A DNA stretch of 64,000 nt from NCBI RefSeq assembly GCF_000143415.4, contig NW_003314268.1, positions 1,410,672 to 1,474,671 of the forward strand, in the 5' to 3' direction. This DNA is from Selaginella moellendorffii. Lineage: Eukaryota > Plantae > Lycopodiophyta. The position numbers and the translations under genes were made by a program. The notes below the pieces were generated by a model. The model was not told the DNA's origin. It saw nothing but the letters and a program-made list of their open reading frames with translations, and searched no databases. Positions 45,987 to 58,464 of the stretch are shown piece by piece. Position 1 is the first letter of the stretch. Each line of letters opens with the position of its first letter.

Positions 45987-48319
45987 TTACGTTGTAGTTT
46001 CTCTTAATCTCGCGGCACACCTCATTTCTAGTTCCTTCATCATCTCCCATCTCTCCCTCGTCAAGCTTCGTTCGCTATAGCTCAAGGATAACAGGCGAGC
46101 CATTGTTAACCATCTACGCACAAAGAGAAACAAGGATTTTGTTAGTCTTGACTCGGAGTAAGGAGCGCTATACCTGTGAAACGTTTCAGATCCGAGAGTT
46201 CTATCGTTCTGGCGTGCGGCCACAAGATCTTCCTCCACAATCTGGCAGCCAACAGTTAGAACTCGGGAAGGAGAAAGACACTAGAGAAAAGAATACCTTC
46301 TGCATTGAAGGCTCGATAACGTGGTCGGCCTCCCGCGCACTGCTCAAATAAATACGCCATTTCGACAAGTCCGATGCTTCTGCATGGATACGTGCCGCTT
46401 CCGCGCTGCACCTTAAAGGTACGAGCGCATCAGCTGGTAAAATCCTCGATTTGCCGCAAGAAACCACCAACACGGGCAAATCTGTCGGCATTTCCATCTG
46501 ATAATACTGGAAATCGTAGTCGACTTTTTGAACAATCGAAAACATCAGCATACCACGTAAGAGATGAGCAAGACAAGACTTACTTTCTGAGACTCCATGA
46601 CGCTCTTCAAGCTCTGCAAATTCCTGACACGGGTTTCGTTCAGCCTTCCTGTGTTCAAAGCAGTCTCGTCTAACGTAAGATGGGTGCCGCTTGCTAGTTG
46701 TAAACCACCGGTAACCAATCTATACATGAAACTATAGCAAGTGAGACCGGAATGAAAAGAGAAAACGAAAGAAGCGTACCGATTGGTGGCATAATCTTTT
46801 CGTGGAGCGATCAGACAGGATCGAGTGACAGCGGCACTGTAAACAGGAAGAAGTACTGATATCGCGTGCCCAACTGCAGAGGCAACGAGTGATACGGAAC
46901 CATCGGCACCAGCTTGACACCCGCTAAAGTTGAGAGAAAACTTCCCAACAGCCAAGGGCTCTACACGGCTATAAACCTGAGCATCACAGTCAGAATAACA
47001 TCCAGAAAAAAACGACGAGAATTGTGCATACCTTTGACAGAAGATGCAAGAGTAAATATTCCGCGGCGAGCCTGTCCTCACCGAGAACAGATTGTAATTT
47101 ACAAACAAGAGATTCCCTCACGGAGCATATATCCGCCAAAGCACCCGGCTGACTAGGAATACTGTAAGCTGAAAGTTTTCTCATGGTAATACAGTGAAGT
47201 CGAGGAACCTTGAGATATCAAAGTCGGAGAGGTAATGGAAGTGAGCTTCTTACCGTGCTGGATGGTAACTGCAAGGAGGTGTCATCTTCCATCAAGGATT
47301 CAGCCAGAGCTGATGAATCAGAAGCCGAGCTAGAAACCAGTTCCAATTCTTTCCATACGATACCAACAAACTCTGCGATGTCATTCAACTTCAAGTCCGC
47401 ATCGTTTCCATCGTAAATCTGGCAGAAAAAAGGCAGTGGTTAAGTCTCAGAAACAAAAAGCGGAATTCTCGACCTTGACGAGGCACGAGTTGTGCTCTTT
47501 CGTTGGAGAGTCACAGTCCATGCTCTGCAAAAAGAAAAACATGATAAGAAGATCCATTTAAACACATAAAAAGCTTTCACCTCCACAGTCGCTGGAATAT
47601 CCTCCCGTTTGCGCTTCAAGCTCTGACTAGTTGCATCCGGTTGTACAGCATTTGAATGCCATGTATTTTTCATCCATTGATTTTCACCAGGAATCTACAA
47701 ACACTCGAAGAAAAGTTGTAAACCCTGAGAAAGTGAAAACTTACTGGAACGCAATAAAACAGCCGTCGATCCCAGATTTGCTGCTCGGTATCTTGCGGAA
47801 CTGGGCTGTCGGTGTACTTGTTTGTTTGCCAAGTATTGCAATCCTGTAACATAAATCACGATAGAGGACCTTGAAAAACAAAAAACTCAAGAGAAAGCGC
47901 AATACCTTGTAAGCGCCAACATAGTATTCCACATCGAACATATCTTGGATCTGTAAGAAACATAGATAAAAACTTGTTTGCAAACAATTTTTTTTAAAGA
48001 GAACACAACGGAAAAATGTACCATTCCCCGGAAGCGAACCAGCGAGCCAGAAGGAATAGAATCGTGCGCCAAATCGTCAATGTGAGGAACCTAGCAGTGG
48101 CATTCAATTCCAGCCCGGTTAAGAAGTAAAAAGAAGAAAGCAAACCTGAGCAATGGCGCCTTCTTCATACAAGAACTTGTCGAAGACTCCCTTGATGCCC
48201 CAGTCGCCTCCCGAGAGCTCCAAAGTTGCGGCTGGAGCAGGAGAAGCGACCATGGCTGCAATGGAGAAGAGGCCTCGCACGGCGCCCAGTGGATTCCGCA
48301 GCAAATCCACCGCCGGCAT
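45987..48319 (-). CDS. ETG1: MCM-binding protein (ETG1), copy A; frame restored by compensating deletions, may be degenerating
   Basis: GSLVRFRGM/IQDM, LGEDRLAAEYLLLHLLS, GKFSLN, LVTGGLQLASGTHLTLDET, KVDYDFQYY, WLTMARLLSLSY. Confidence 0.8.
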
Positions 48320-48337
48320 CGCCCTTACGTTAAGAAA

Positions 48338-48346
48338 TTTCCCGCC
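48338..48346 (+). promoter_or_regulatory. Canonical E2F site TTTCCCGCC just upstream of MCM-BP copy A
   Basis: Exact plant E2F consensus 19 bp from the ATG; Arabidopsis ETG1 is an established E2F target. Confidence 0.75.
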
Positions 48347-48468
48347 ATAATGAATATACTCTCTATTGAGTAGAATATACCAAAAGACAGGTGCCATGTT
48401 TTAAAGACATTCACTATTACATGATCAAATTGCTAACATCATCGCATTAATGTATAACGAAATATTTT

Positions 48469-50034
48469 CTATTCAGTCGACTGGAGAGTGATGTATGCAC
48501 TTTCGTGGAGCCTGGGAGTGATCCTGGCTTTGAGAGTGTGTGCCATGAAGTTTACGATACCCATAGCTTCACCCATGGGTTGATCTTTCGGACTGCCAGG
48601 AAACTCCCACTCGAATCCATGAAGAAGATTGGAAAGAACAAGCTGGACGTTCCTAAGACCCAGAGAAAGCCCTGGGCAAGACCGCTTTCCAGATCCGAAT
48701 GGAAGTAGCTCAAAGTCTTGGCCGTTAACACCGATGTTGCTGCCAATGAATCTCTGAGGTTGGAACTCCAGAGGATCACTCCAGACTTGAGGGTCTCTTC
48801 CAATTGCATAGACGTTCACAAGCAGCGTTGCGTTCTTGGGGATGTCATAGCCGGCAACTTTCTGGGCCTCAATGGATGCGTGTGGTACGAGCAAAGCAAC
48901 GGGAGGGTGGAGACGAAACGTTTCTTTGATGATGGCATTCAAAACCTCGAGCTTGGATATGTCTCCCTCTTCGACCATGCGTGTGTGTCCAGCAACGCTC
49001 TCGATCTCTTGCTGGGCTTTGACCATCCAATCTGGATGATGAAGAAGTTCCGCTAGAGCCCATTCGGTCACTGTGGATGATGTTTCAGATCCACCAAGCA
49101 ATAGATCCTATCAAGATCACAAAAGAATCAAGCAAGTTCCACGGACGGAGAAAACCAAACTTACCATGAGCAGAGCTCTGAGATTGACCACATCGTTTCC
49201 AATGTGATTCCTTGTGATCTCCACGAAATCGGGAACCTCGCCCTGGCGTTGCTCTTCCAAAACCTTTTGCAAGAAGCCATTCATCTTATCCCCGGCCATC
49301 TTAGCACGGCGGGCGACCAAGTCGAGCCAGCTCAAGTAGGGGAAATAGTCAGTGATCGAGAATGCTGCTGCCACCTTGAGGTTCTCATCAATCATCGCTA
49401 TGAAATTGGAGGCCTCCTTCGCAATGGCGGGATCGCTAGAGGCCTTGGATCCAAAGTAAATCTTCTTCATCAGGATGCGAGTCATAACGTTGAAGCTGAG
49501 CGCCCTCAAATGTGATCTCACTCCCACAACGTGGCCAGCCTTGGAAGCTCTCAAGAACTCGCGACTGACCTCCCACAGCTCGTCCCGGATGATGTGCGTG
49601 TTCATGCTCACCCTCTTAGCCGTGAAGAGCTCCGTGGCGCAGAGCTTCCTCAGCTTCTTCCAGTAGTCTCCATACGGCGAGAAAGACATGCTCCTGCAAT
49701 TCATGACAATGGAGGCCACATTGTTTCGAGGCCTATACGCGAATTCCGTGTCGTTGTTCTTGAGAAACTCCTTGGCCATTGCTGGACTGGCGACCACGAA
49801 CACAGGGACGGATCCCAGGCGTAAGTGGAAGAGCGGGCCAAATTTTTTGGAGAGCTGCTGGAGTGAGATGTGTGGGAGCCTGCCCAGGAGATGGAAGTGG
49901 CCGATGAGTGGCAATCCTCTTGGGCCTGGCGGAAGATTGAGAGATTTGCTGGAGAGCCATTGCTTGAGAATGAAAGCTGTGATGAGGAAAAGTGCGACTG
50001 CCCAAAGCATTGCTACTTTCTGCCCCTCGATCAT
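48469..50034 (-). CDS. Cytochrome P450, CYP71 clan (A-type), 2 exons (intron 49108-49164), copy A
   Basis: LPPGPRGLPLIGH, I-helix LLGGSETSS, KETFRLHPP, FQPQRF, PFGSGKRSCPG heme motif. Confidence 0.93.
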
Positions 50035-50089
50035 TGAAGCCCCTCTTTTTGTATTCTTCGTTAACTTAATGTAAGAGTTAAGATTCGTA

Positions 50090-50568
50090 TTTAAGAAATC
50101 AGAAGCTTTGACTCTTTAAGCCATATCCCAGATTTTCAGCCTTGAGACTTGTCAGATGAGCCACGAACACACCTTGAAGAAGGTGCAGGAGCTCAAAGCC
50201 GAATAGTCAGCAAACCCTTTGAGGAATTTCCAGCCTTTGTCCCTGCTGCTGTGAAGAGATATGCGGAAGCTGTGATGGACAAAGATGACTCTTGGATAGT
50301 CCAATATCTATATATACATGATTGAGAGACACTGCCTCTAGCTTACACCTGGATTAATGAAGTGGCACTACTGCCACCTAGGACATAGAGAGCATATACC
50401 TCAATAGCCTACTTCTCTTTCACTTGCTTTCAGTGTCACCTTCGTCCTCCAGAATCACCAGTGGTGAGAAGTCTTCGAGCTTGGCAGCCTTTTGCTTGGC
50501 GAGCATGACTACACATTGTGGAAATGCCAAAGCTCTGGTCACAAGGGCCATCTTCAACCTGGGAAAGA
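50090..50568 (-). pseudogene. MSH2: MSH2 3'-end fragment (copy A)
   Basis: Paralogous to 60100-60591 (VEDGPCDQSFGI..., AELEDFSP); cut at the duplication boundary. Confidence 0.75.
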
Positions 50569-52539
50569 GATTTGGCATCTAAACTTTAGAATATCAGCCC
50601 AAGAGAAGAAGCCACATCTTTTATCACGTGGATGTAGACAAAAAAAAAAAAACTTATTCCCAAGGTTCTTCTCAAAATATGAGAGAAGAATTTACATTTT
50701 ACTACTGCCATATGCACACATTCTCACTTTGTGGGTTATTAAAGATTGCTTAAGCTTGCATTCACCACCTTGATTTGTAGAATGCAGTGGTGATGATTTG
50801 CACTTTGAGGTTTTGATCTCCAAGCCTTCCATTGAGATCTATATCAGCAAAATCCCTAAACAAAGCAAACCATATATGTAGGTATCTTTGTTTTGTCTAA
50901 GTCCTTTTTTCCTTGCTCATAAACAAGTTTTCATAAATCCTTATGCTTGTAAGGAGGCTCGCGTGGAGCCTCCATCTTGTGGATATTGTCATGTGGCAGC
51001 TCCACCTCCTCGCTTGTAACCACTATGCAGCAAAGAGCATTCACCTCACCAGTTGGAACATCCTCCTCATCACGTGGATCCATTGGCTCATTGGCTGGGG
51101 GAACCTCAACTAAAGCCTCGTCCTCTACTTTGCTTTAAACATCCAATATAGCCTTGTCATATGAAATACACACTTGTGAGCTTGGGCTGTCCACTTCATA
51201 AGGAGGCTCAAAGGCCTCCTCCCCATCACCTCACACCTATGTGAAGGGTCTTCCTTTATAATATTATGAGGAGGGTCTTCTGCCACCTTGTGTTCATGGA
51301 TGACCTCATGTTCAACCACCAGCTCACATTTGTCCACCAATTCATGCCATGCAATGTAAAATTATGTTGCAGGCTGTGCGGCAGCAGCCCTTCAAAGAAA
51401 AAAAATCCAAAAAGAAGCAAAGAATATATAGTAGTATTCAATACAAAACTTATATATATTATAAATGATCATTGCACCATCTATATCGACATAAACTTCA
51501 TCAAGTGTGGCATTTTACACTTGTAAAGTTGCTTCCTCTACATTCTCAAGATCCATCACTACTTCTTCTACAATCTCCATGACAACATGATGCTCCCTCT
51601 TCACCTTCCTCCACAACATCATCCACTTGTGCTGCTGGCTCTATGACTTGCACACACATACACCCAAAAAGAGGACGACATGGTCTCTAATCTCAAGCCT
51701 ACACCCCAGCAAGTACAGCTGTCAAGCTACACTTGAGAATTCCTAGTGCCCAATCCAATAAAGCATGAATCTTTCTCCTGGAAAGAAAAAAAACACACAA
51801 ACACAAAAGCATAAACATGCGGAGGTATTTAAACAACAATATAAACATACTAGCTCCAATCTTCAGATCTTCAAAGCCATGTCTCTAGCACATAATGAGA
51901 CATTGGAGTAACGATGATGGTTTTCTTGACTTCAATTTTATACAATGGGCTTTTCAAAAAAATAAAAAATCTTTCTTTTCACTAACCAGGTGAATCAGCA
52001 TTTTTGTTTCTTCGTGTCTTGACTCAAAGAGGCAATGCACTAGTCGGCATTGATGCTTTGTTTTTCATTTCCACTTTTTTTTGCAATGGACAAACATTTG
52101 CCTTTTTGCACAAACAAAAAGAACTAAAATTACTATAGCAATGTGACATATACTTGGTGCTGCCAGAACTGGAGCCTTGGATTGCTGCACCACTATGGCT
52201 GCTGGAAAATCCTTGATAATCCCTAGCATGCATTCCTTCAATGTTCCAATAGTTCAATTAAATTTGAACTTGCAGACTAATCTGTTTTTTTCTTTTATGA
52301 CCCTTTTTAGTTATAAAACTTGAGTTCATATATATCGTCTTATCATAAACTCAATCCTCAAACATTCTCTAAAAACTGGATTGCCTCATCCATAATTTGC
52401 TAATCAATGTCACAATCACACTCCATATTAACGAAAAATGGTAGAACACCAAGAATAGGATAAACTGTATAATCATGTCTCATAAAAGTTGGAGATAACA
52501 ACACACCAAAGATGGGTGCAACACCAATATGATCACACC

Positions 52540-52960
52540 CTATACCACTAAAAGTTCAATTTAACAAAACAACATTAGTAGCCTCAAGTGATATACTCCT
52601 TAATTGATGACAACATGATATGGTAGAAGAAGAGAATGCAATAAAGATTAAAAGAAAGAGTAAATCTAAACACAATGATAACTAAAATTCTAGATCTTGA
52701 AAAAGTTAATATAAATCTAGATATAAAAGAAAATGAAGAAATAAGAACAAAAATCACAATCCCAAATATTAGAATAAAGCACTGCCAAAAACTTTACCCT
52801 TCAAGAACAAATTGCAATACCCCTTATCTCCATTAATATAAGTGCTCGAGATATAAGAATAAATATATTAATTAGGGTTTACACCCTTACTTATATACAA
52901 GAATTAATGAACCAAATTCAATTATGCTATAATACTATAATTAATATATTACCACTATGA
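52540..52960 (-). mobile_element. Possible LTR remnant with PBS-like TGGTAT on the minus strand
   Basis: AT-rich; minus strand reads TGTATATAAGTAAGGGTGTAAACCCTAAT (LTR-promoter-like) and later TGGTATAGGG near 52540-52550. No partner LTR seen. Confidence 0.3.
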
Positions 52961-53456
52961 TCCTAATCACTAGCTTGCATAGAACACACACCTCCTCTTA
53001 GCAATATGAAGCTCCAACAATGTTCTTGGACCACCCCAAGGCACTGCTTTTGGTCAGCTTGTCATCCATAAACTTGATATCAATACTAGCAGCGATCCAT
53101 TCTTGAAGTTGTTTGGCCATTGTCATCACATCCTGCTAGAAAACTCGTGAGATTCCAAAAGTAGACAAATGATTCTCCAACCTTGAAGCTCGGCCCTGGT
53201 GGAGGAATCCCCTCCGCCTCTAGATAAACTGGTGGAGGAACGAAGAATTCTAGCAGTTGGGACGAAATCCAGAAAAAGCACGAGCTCCTATGACGATCAC
53301 CTGCAAGTAATTTATCAAGCTCACTTTCCCGTGTCCAAAAAAGTTTAAACGCACACGCACACGCACAAAGAGATAAAACCGAAGTTCCACGAAAAAATCA
53401 CACACACTTTTGGAGAAAGTATAATACACCGTAAACCTTTTCTCGGAAAGACTATT

Positions 53457-54660
53457 TTAGAAAAGAATATCTGTGTGTCGACCAACGCTATCTATGATCC
53501 GACTGGGACCTCCGCATCCCAGCCAATACTGAGTGACCATGTAGAACTCAACACTGTCAGCTCCAAACTTCTGCATCATGGAAAACCTGTAAAACTGCCA
53601 CCACCTTTCATTCTGTGTACATCCAGTGTCAATGGGATTCTCTAGCGCATCGTATCCGGACCCCACTAGGTTGAGCAAGGCATGGTATCTGGACGACCTG
53701 AAAGTGGATCAAATGCCGGACACAACCTTTCTTCACATGATCTTCCGATGACAGGTCCTATGGCGACTGCCTGAAATGCTCTCTCACCAGTCTTCAGATC
53801 TTCAAAGCCATGTCTCTGGCACATAACAAAACCTTGGAGCAACGGATGCCCATGCAGTTTTGTGAAGATCAGCCGCCTCTACCGGAGACATGTACTAGAG
53901 ACACTGATGTATTGGAGGCACTCGTGTGAAACATCCTGTATACTAGCTCTTCAGCATCACGTCTCCCAATTGGTGATAGACTCCAAGGTTCCCGTGACGG
54001 AAGACTTCTCTCAGATTGCCTCCCTAGTGCCAGTACCTGTGTCTTGAGGCCTCCAGATCTTTGTCTGGGAGGACTTCTTTCTGGAGAGGGCTCAGCTCAT
54101 TGCTCAACCACACGGGGAGATAGAAAGTCCTGCAATTTGTGTCCTTTTGGTAGTCCTTGTAGTTTTCTCTCGTTGGGCTGCTTACCAAGAGTGCGTTGCT
54201 GATGAAAAGAGGGACGTTTTTCAGCTCCACGTCCGCCAAGAAACATATATCCGGATCTACCTCAAGTTCCACTTCCATATACGTCTTGATAGTCTTGCAA
54301 GACTCTGCAGCTTCCATTACCATCCGGCAGGAAGTAATAGAGAGATCCCCCTGTGGTCAGCAGCAGTACCTTTTGCTTTTCCTTGAGCAGCAGCGCCAGA
54401 ATGTAGAGGAGGAAACCAGGTTCCCAAGCACCAAAGCAGCCTGTCTTCCCTCACACCGGAAAAGGCTCCACCTTGAGCTTCCACATGTCCCTGAAGCATT
54501 CTTCCTCGATGATCTTTGAATCTTCCGAATCCCGAATGGACTCAGTCGTTGGATTGTCATCCAAGTCAAGCATCTGCAGTACCTTGGAGTCCCACGCATT
54601 CAACAAGATGCAGCATCCAATCGATCATCAGTTTCTTTCTGTGGAAGTGGAGATCAAACT
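53457..54660 (-). pseudogene. Crinkler/RHS-like P-loop NTPase pseudogene, copy B
   Basis: KIIEEECFRDMW, AALVLGN/PGFLLYILALLLKEKQKVLL, LLVSSPTRENYKDYQK...FYLPVWLSNEL...RYWH*GGNLREVF across frameshifts. Confidence 0.65.
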
Positions 54661-54794
54661 CTGGGGGCAGAAGGAGACGACCACAATTGCACAAAACTTT
54701 AGATAAACTGAAAGAAAAATATTCATTTATAAGAAACCATATTTAGGTCCTTGACCTGTAATTTTTAAACAGAAGAAAAAACATTTTAGTTTTG

Positions 54795-55751
54795 TTAATT
54801 GACTCTTTTAATCTGCTCTATGAATTCCTTGGCAATGAGAGTGTATGTGTGCTCTGTGGGATGTATCATATCCCAAAAGACATAATCACTTGGATTCTTG
54901 CACAGACCGCTCAATGTATTTTTATGTGAGAGGCAATTAGGGCAACAACCTCCTGCGTTCTTGAATCCAAATTGGATTGGGTTCTCCACAAAAGATTTAA
55001 TTGGTGAGTAGCCATCTACGAATGCACTTCTCATCCCTGGTAATCTTTCTGCTGCCCTTAGAACAATCTCCCGAGCCTGTGTGTTGAATTGCTCTACCAA
55101 ATTATCGATTTCACTCACGCAATTTCCTCCTGAAGTAACAATAGGTGAGCATCCTAGCGGCCCGACACTTGAATAGATGATCTTCCTAAAACCATATTTG
55201 TAAAGTTGTTGCAAACCTTTCTCTAATGACAGTAACATCCCTTCCAAGTCCACATCCATAATGTTTTGAAGATTTGCTGCGATATCATTTCCACCAGAAG
55301 AGATCACAACAACAAAGTCATTGAGATTCTTCTTGGAGATCTTCATGGAGAATTCCCTGAGTTGTTTTAGCTGCTCACTAAATGGCACGACACCCCAGTC
55401 CGAATGAGTCGAGTCGAGTAATCCACTACCATCAGATGCAAAGTTGATACTAGGAAAAACTTGGCTCTCAGCTTTCAAACCCAGGAATGGCCTGGAAAAG
55501 GGCAAACCCAGGGCCTTGTTTATCATATCTGGGATGATGAATCCATCACTGCACCTCCCAGATGGTTTGGCATACCGTGTTTCCCCATACGGAACGAAAT
55601 CACAACGCGAAACTGAGTTTTTCACGTATTTGTTAGTTCCCACATCAAAGATTGAATCTCCCATATAGATGGTCCTAAGCTGAGGAATTGACCTTCCAAA
55701 AACGCACGCGCAGAGAGCCAAGATCGCAAGCACGAACACTAAAATCCTCAT
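54795..55751 (-). CDS. Secreted GDSL/SGNH esterase-lipase, intronless, 318 aa (copy B, intact)
   Basis: Signal peptide, GDSIFDVGTN block I, GRCSDG, GGND, PLGCSP, FWDMIHPT block V. Confidence 0.93.
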   Translation of the reverse strand: MRILVFVLAILALCACVFGRSIPQLRTIYMGDSIFDVGTNKYVKNSVSRCDFVPYGETRYAKPSGRCSDGFIIPDMINKALGLPFSRPFLGLKAESQVFPSINFASDGSGLLDSTHSDWGVVPFSEQLKQLREFSMKISKKNLNDFVVVISSGGNDIAANLQNIMDVDLEGMLLSLEKGLQQLYKYGFRKIIYSSVGPLGCSPIVTSGGNCVSEIDNLVEQFNTQAREIVLRAAERLPGMRSAFVDGYSPIKSFVENPIQFGFKNAGGCCPNCLSHKNTLSGLCKNPSDYVFWDMIHPTEHTYTLIAKEFIEQIKRVN

Positions 55752-55946
55752 CTCGCCAAAAACCTTTGTGGCAAGACCTATGCATAAGCTTGTTTATATA
55801 GAAGAGGGAAAAGGAAAAGGTTACTGCTAACTAAACTCGAAAACCTAAATTTTAAATGGTAAAGATAAAGATTCTATCTTTTTCTTTTTTTATCTAATTG
55901 AGCTCATGATCATTTGAACTCCACAAAGGTCCATTCTTAGGAATTG

Positions 55947-58301
55947 TTACGTCGTAGTTTCTCTTAATCTCGCGGCACACCTCATTTCTAGTTCCTTCAT
56001 CATCTCCCATCTCTCCCTCGTCAAGCTTCGTTCGCCATAGCTCAAGGATAACAGGCGAGCCATTGTTAACCACCTACGCACAAAGAGAAACAAGGATTTT
56101 GTTACTCTCGACTCGGAGTAAGGAGCGCTATACCTGTGAAACGTTTCAGATCCTACAGTTCTATCCTTCTGGCGTGCGGCCACAAGATCTTCCTCCACAA
56201 TCTGGCAGCCAACAGTTAGAACTCGGGAAGGAGAAAGACACTAGAGAAAAGAATACCTTCTGCATTGAAGGCTCGATAACGTGGTCGGCCTCCCGCGCAC
56301 TGCTCAAATAAATACGCCATTTCGACAAGTCCGATGCTTCTGCATGGATACGTGCCGCTTCCGCGCTGCACCTTAAAGGTACGAGCGCATCAGCTGGTAA
56401 AATCCTCGATTTGCCGCAAGAAACCACCAACACGGGCAAATCTGTCGGCATTTCCATCTGATAATACTGGAAATCGTAGTCGACCTTTTGAAACAAACGA
56501 AAACATCAGCATACCACGTAAGAGATGAGCAAGACAAGACGTACTTTCTGAGACTCCATGACGCTCTTCAAGCTCTGCAAATTCTTGACACCGGTTTCGT
56601 TCAGCCTTCCTGTGTTCAAAGCAGTCTCGTCTAACGTAAGATGGGTGCCGCTTGCTAATTGTAAACCACCGGTAACCAATCTATACATGAAACTATAGCA
56701 AGTGAGACCGGAATGAAAAGAGAAAACGAAAGAAGCGTACCGATTGGTGGCATAATCTTTTCGTGGAGCGATCAGACAGGAGTTCAAGTCCTCGAGTGAC
56801 AGCGGCACCACTTGTGAACAGGGAAGAAGTACTGATATCGCGTGCCCGACTGCAGAGGCAACGAGTGATACGGAACCATCGGCACCAGCTTGACACCCGC
56901 TAAAGTTGAGGGAAAACTTCCCAACAGCCAAAGGCTCTACACGGCTATAAACCTGAGCATCACAGTCAGAATAACACCAAGAAAAAAACGACGAGAATTG
57001 TGCATACCTTTGACAGAAGATGCAAGAGTAAATATTCCGCGGCGAGCCTGTCCTCACCGAGAACAGATTGTAAGGTACAAACAAGAGATTCCCTCACGGA
57101 GCATATATCCGCCAAAGCACCCGGCTGACTAGGAATACTGTAAGCTGAAAGTTTTCTCATGGTAATACAGTGTAGTCGTGGAACCTTGAGATATCAAAGT
57201 CAGAGAGGTAATGGAAATGAGCTTCTTACCGTGCTGGACGGTAACTGCAAGGAGGTGTCATCTTCCATCAAGGATTCAGCCAGCGCTGATGAATCAGAAG
57301 CCGAGATAGAAACCAGTTCCGATTCTTTCCATACGATACCAACAAACTCTGCGATGTCATTCAACTTCAAGTCCGCATCGTTTCCATCGTAAATCTGGCA
57401 GAAAAAAGGCAGTGGTTAAGTCTCAGAAACAAAAAGCGGAATTCTCGACCTTGACGAGGCACGAGTTGTGCTCTTTCGTTGGAGAGTCACAGTCCATGCT
57501 CTGCAAAAAGAAAAACATGATAAGAAGATCCATTTAAACACATAAAAAGCTTTCACCTCCACAGTCGCTGGAATATCCTCCCGTTTGCGCTTCAAGCTCT
57601 GACTAGTTGCATCCGGTTGTACAGCATTTGAATGCCATGTATTTTTCATCCATTGATTTTCACCAGGAATCTACAAACACTCGAAGAAAAGTTGTAAACC
57701 CTGAGAAAGTGAAAACTTACTGGAACGCAATAAAACAGCCGTCGATCCCAGATTTGCTGCTCGGTATCTTGCGGAACTGGGCTGTCGGTGTACTTGTTTG
57801 TTTGCCAAGTATTGCAATCCTGTAACATAAATCACGATAGAGGACCTTGAAAAACAAAAAACTCAAGAGAAAGAGCAATACCTTGTAAGCGCCAACATAG
57901 TATTCCACATCGAACATATCTTGGATCTGTAAGAAACATAGATAAAAACTTGTTTGCAAACAATTTTTTTTAAAGAGAACACAACGGAAAAATGTACCAT
58001 TCCCCGGAAGCGAACCAGCGAGCCAGAAGGAATAGAATCGTGCGCCAAATCGTCAATGTGAGGAACCTAGCAGTGGCATTCAATTCCAGCCCGGTTAAGA
58101 AGTAAAAAGAAGAAAGCAAACCTGAGCAATGGCGCCTTCTTCATACAAGAACTTGTCGAAGACTCCCTTGATGCCCCAGTCGCCTCCCGAGAGCTCCAAA
58201 GTTGCGGCTGGAGCAGGAGAAGCGACCATGGCTGCAATGGAGAAGAGGCCTCGCACGGCGCCCAGTGGATTCCGCAGCAAATCCACCGCCGGCGCGACCA
58301 T
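55947..58301 (-). CDS. ETG1: MCM-binding protein (ETG1), copy B
   Basis: MVAPAVDLLRNPLGAVR start; same motifs as copy A with intact LLPCSQVVPLSLEDLN...PRKDY. Confidence 0.9.
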
Positions 58302-58325
58302 CGCTCCCGCCCTTAGGTTAAGAAA

Positions 58326-58334
58326 TTTCCCGCC
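58326..58334 (+). promoter_or_regulatory. E2F site TTTCCCGCC upstream of MCM-BP copy B
   Basis: Conserved in both copies although the flanking sequence differs. Confidence 0.75.
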
Positions 58335-58464
58335 ATAATGAATATACTCTGTATTGAGTAGAATGTACCAAAAGACTTTTAGGTGCCACGTCATTCTAAA
58401 GACATTCACTGTTTTGTAGGTCATATTGCTAACATCATAACATTAATTTATAACGAAATATTTT

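Noticed and set aside
53150-53310. Minus-strand LEAEGIPPPGPSFKVG resembling a P450 N-terminal hinge
   Set aside because: Too short and frameshifted to call.
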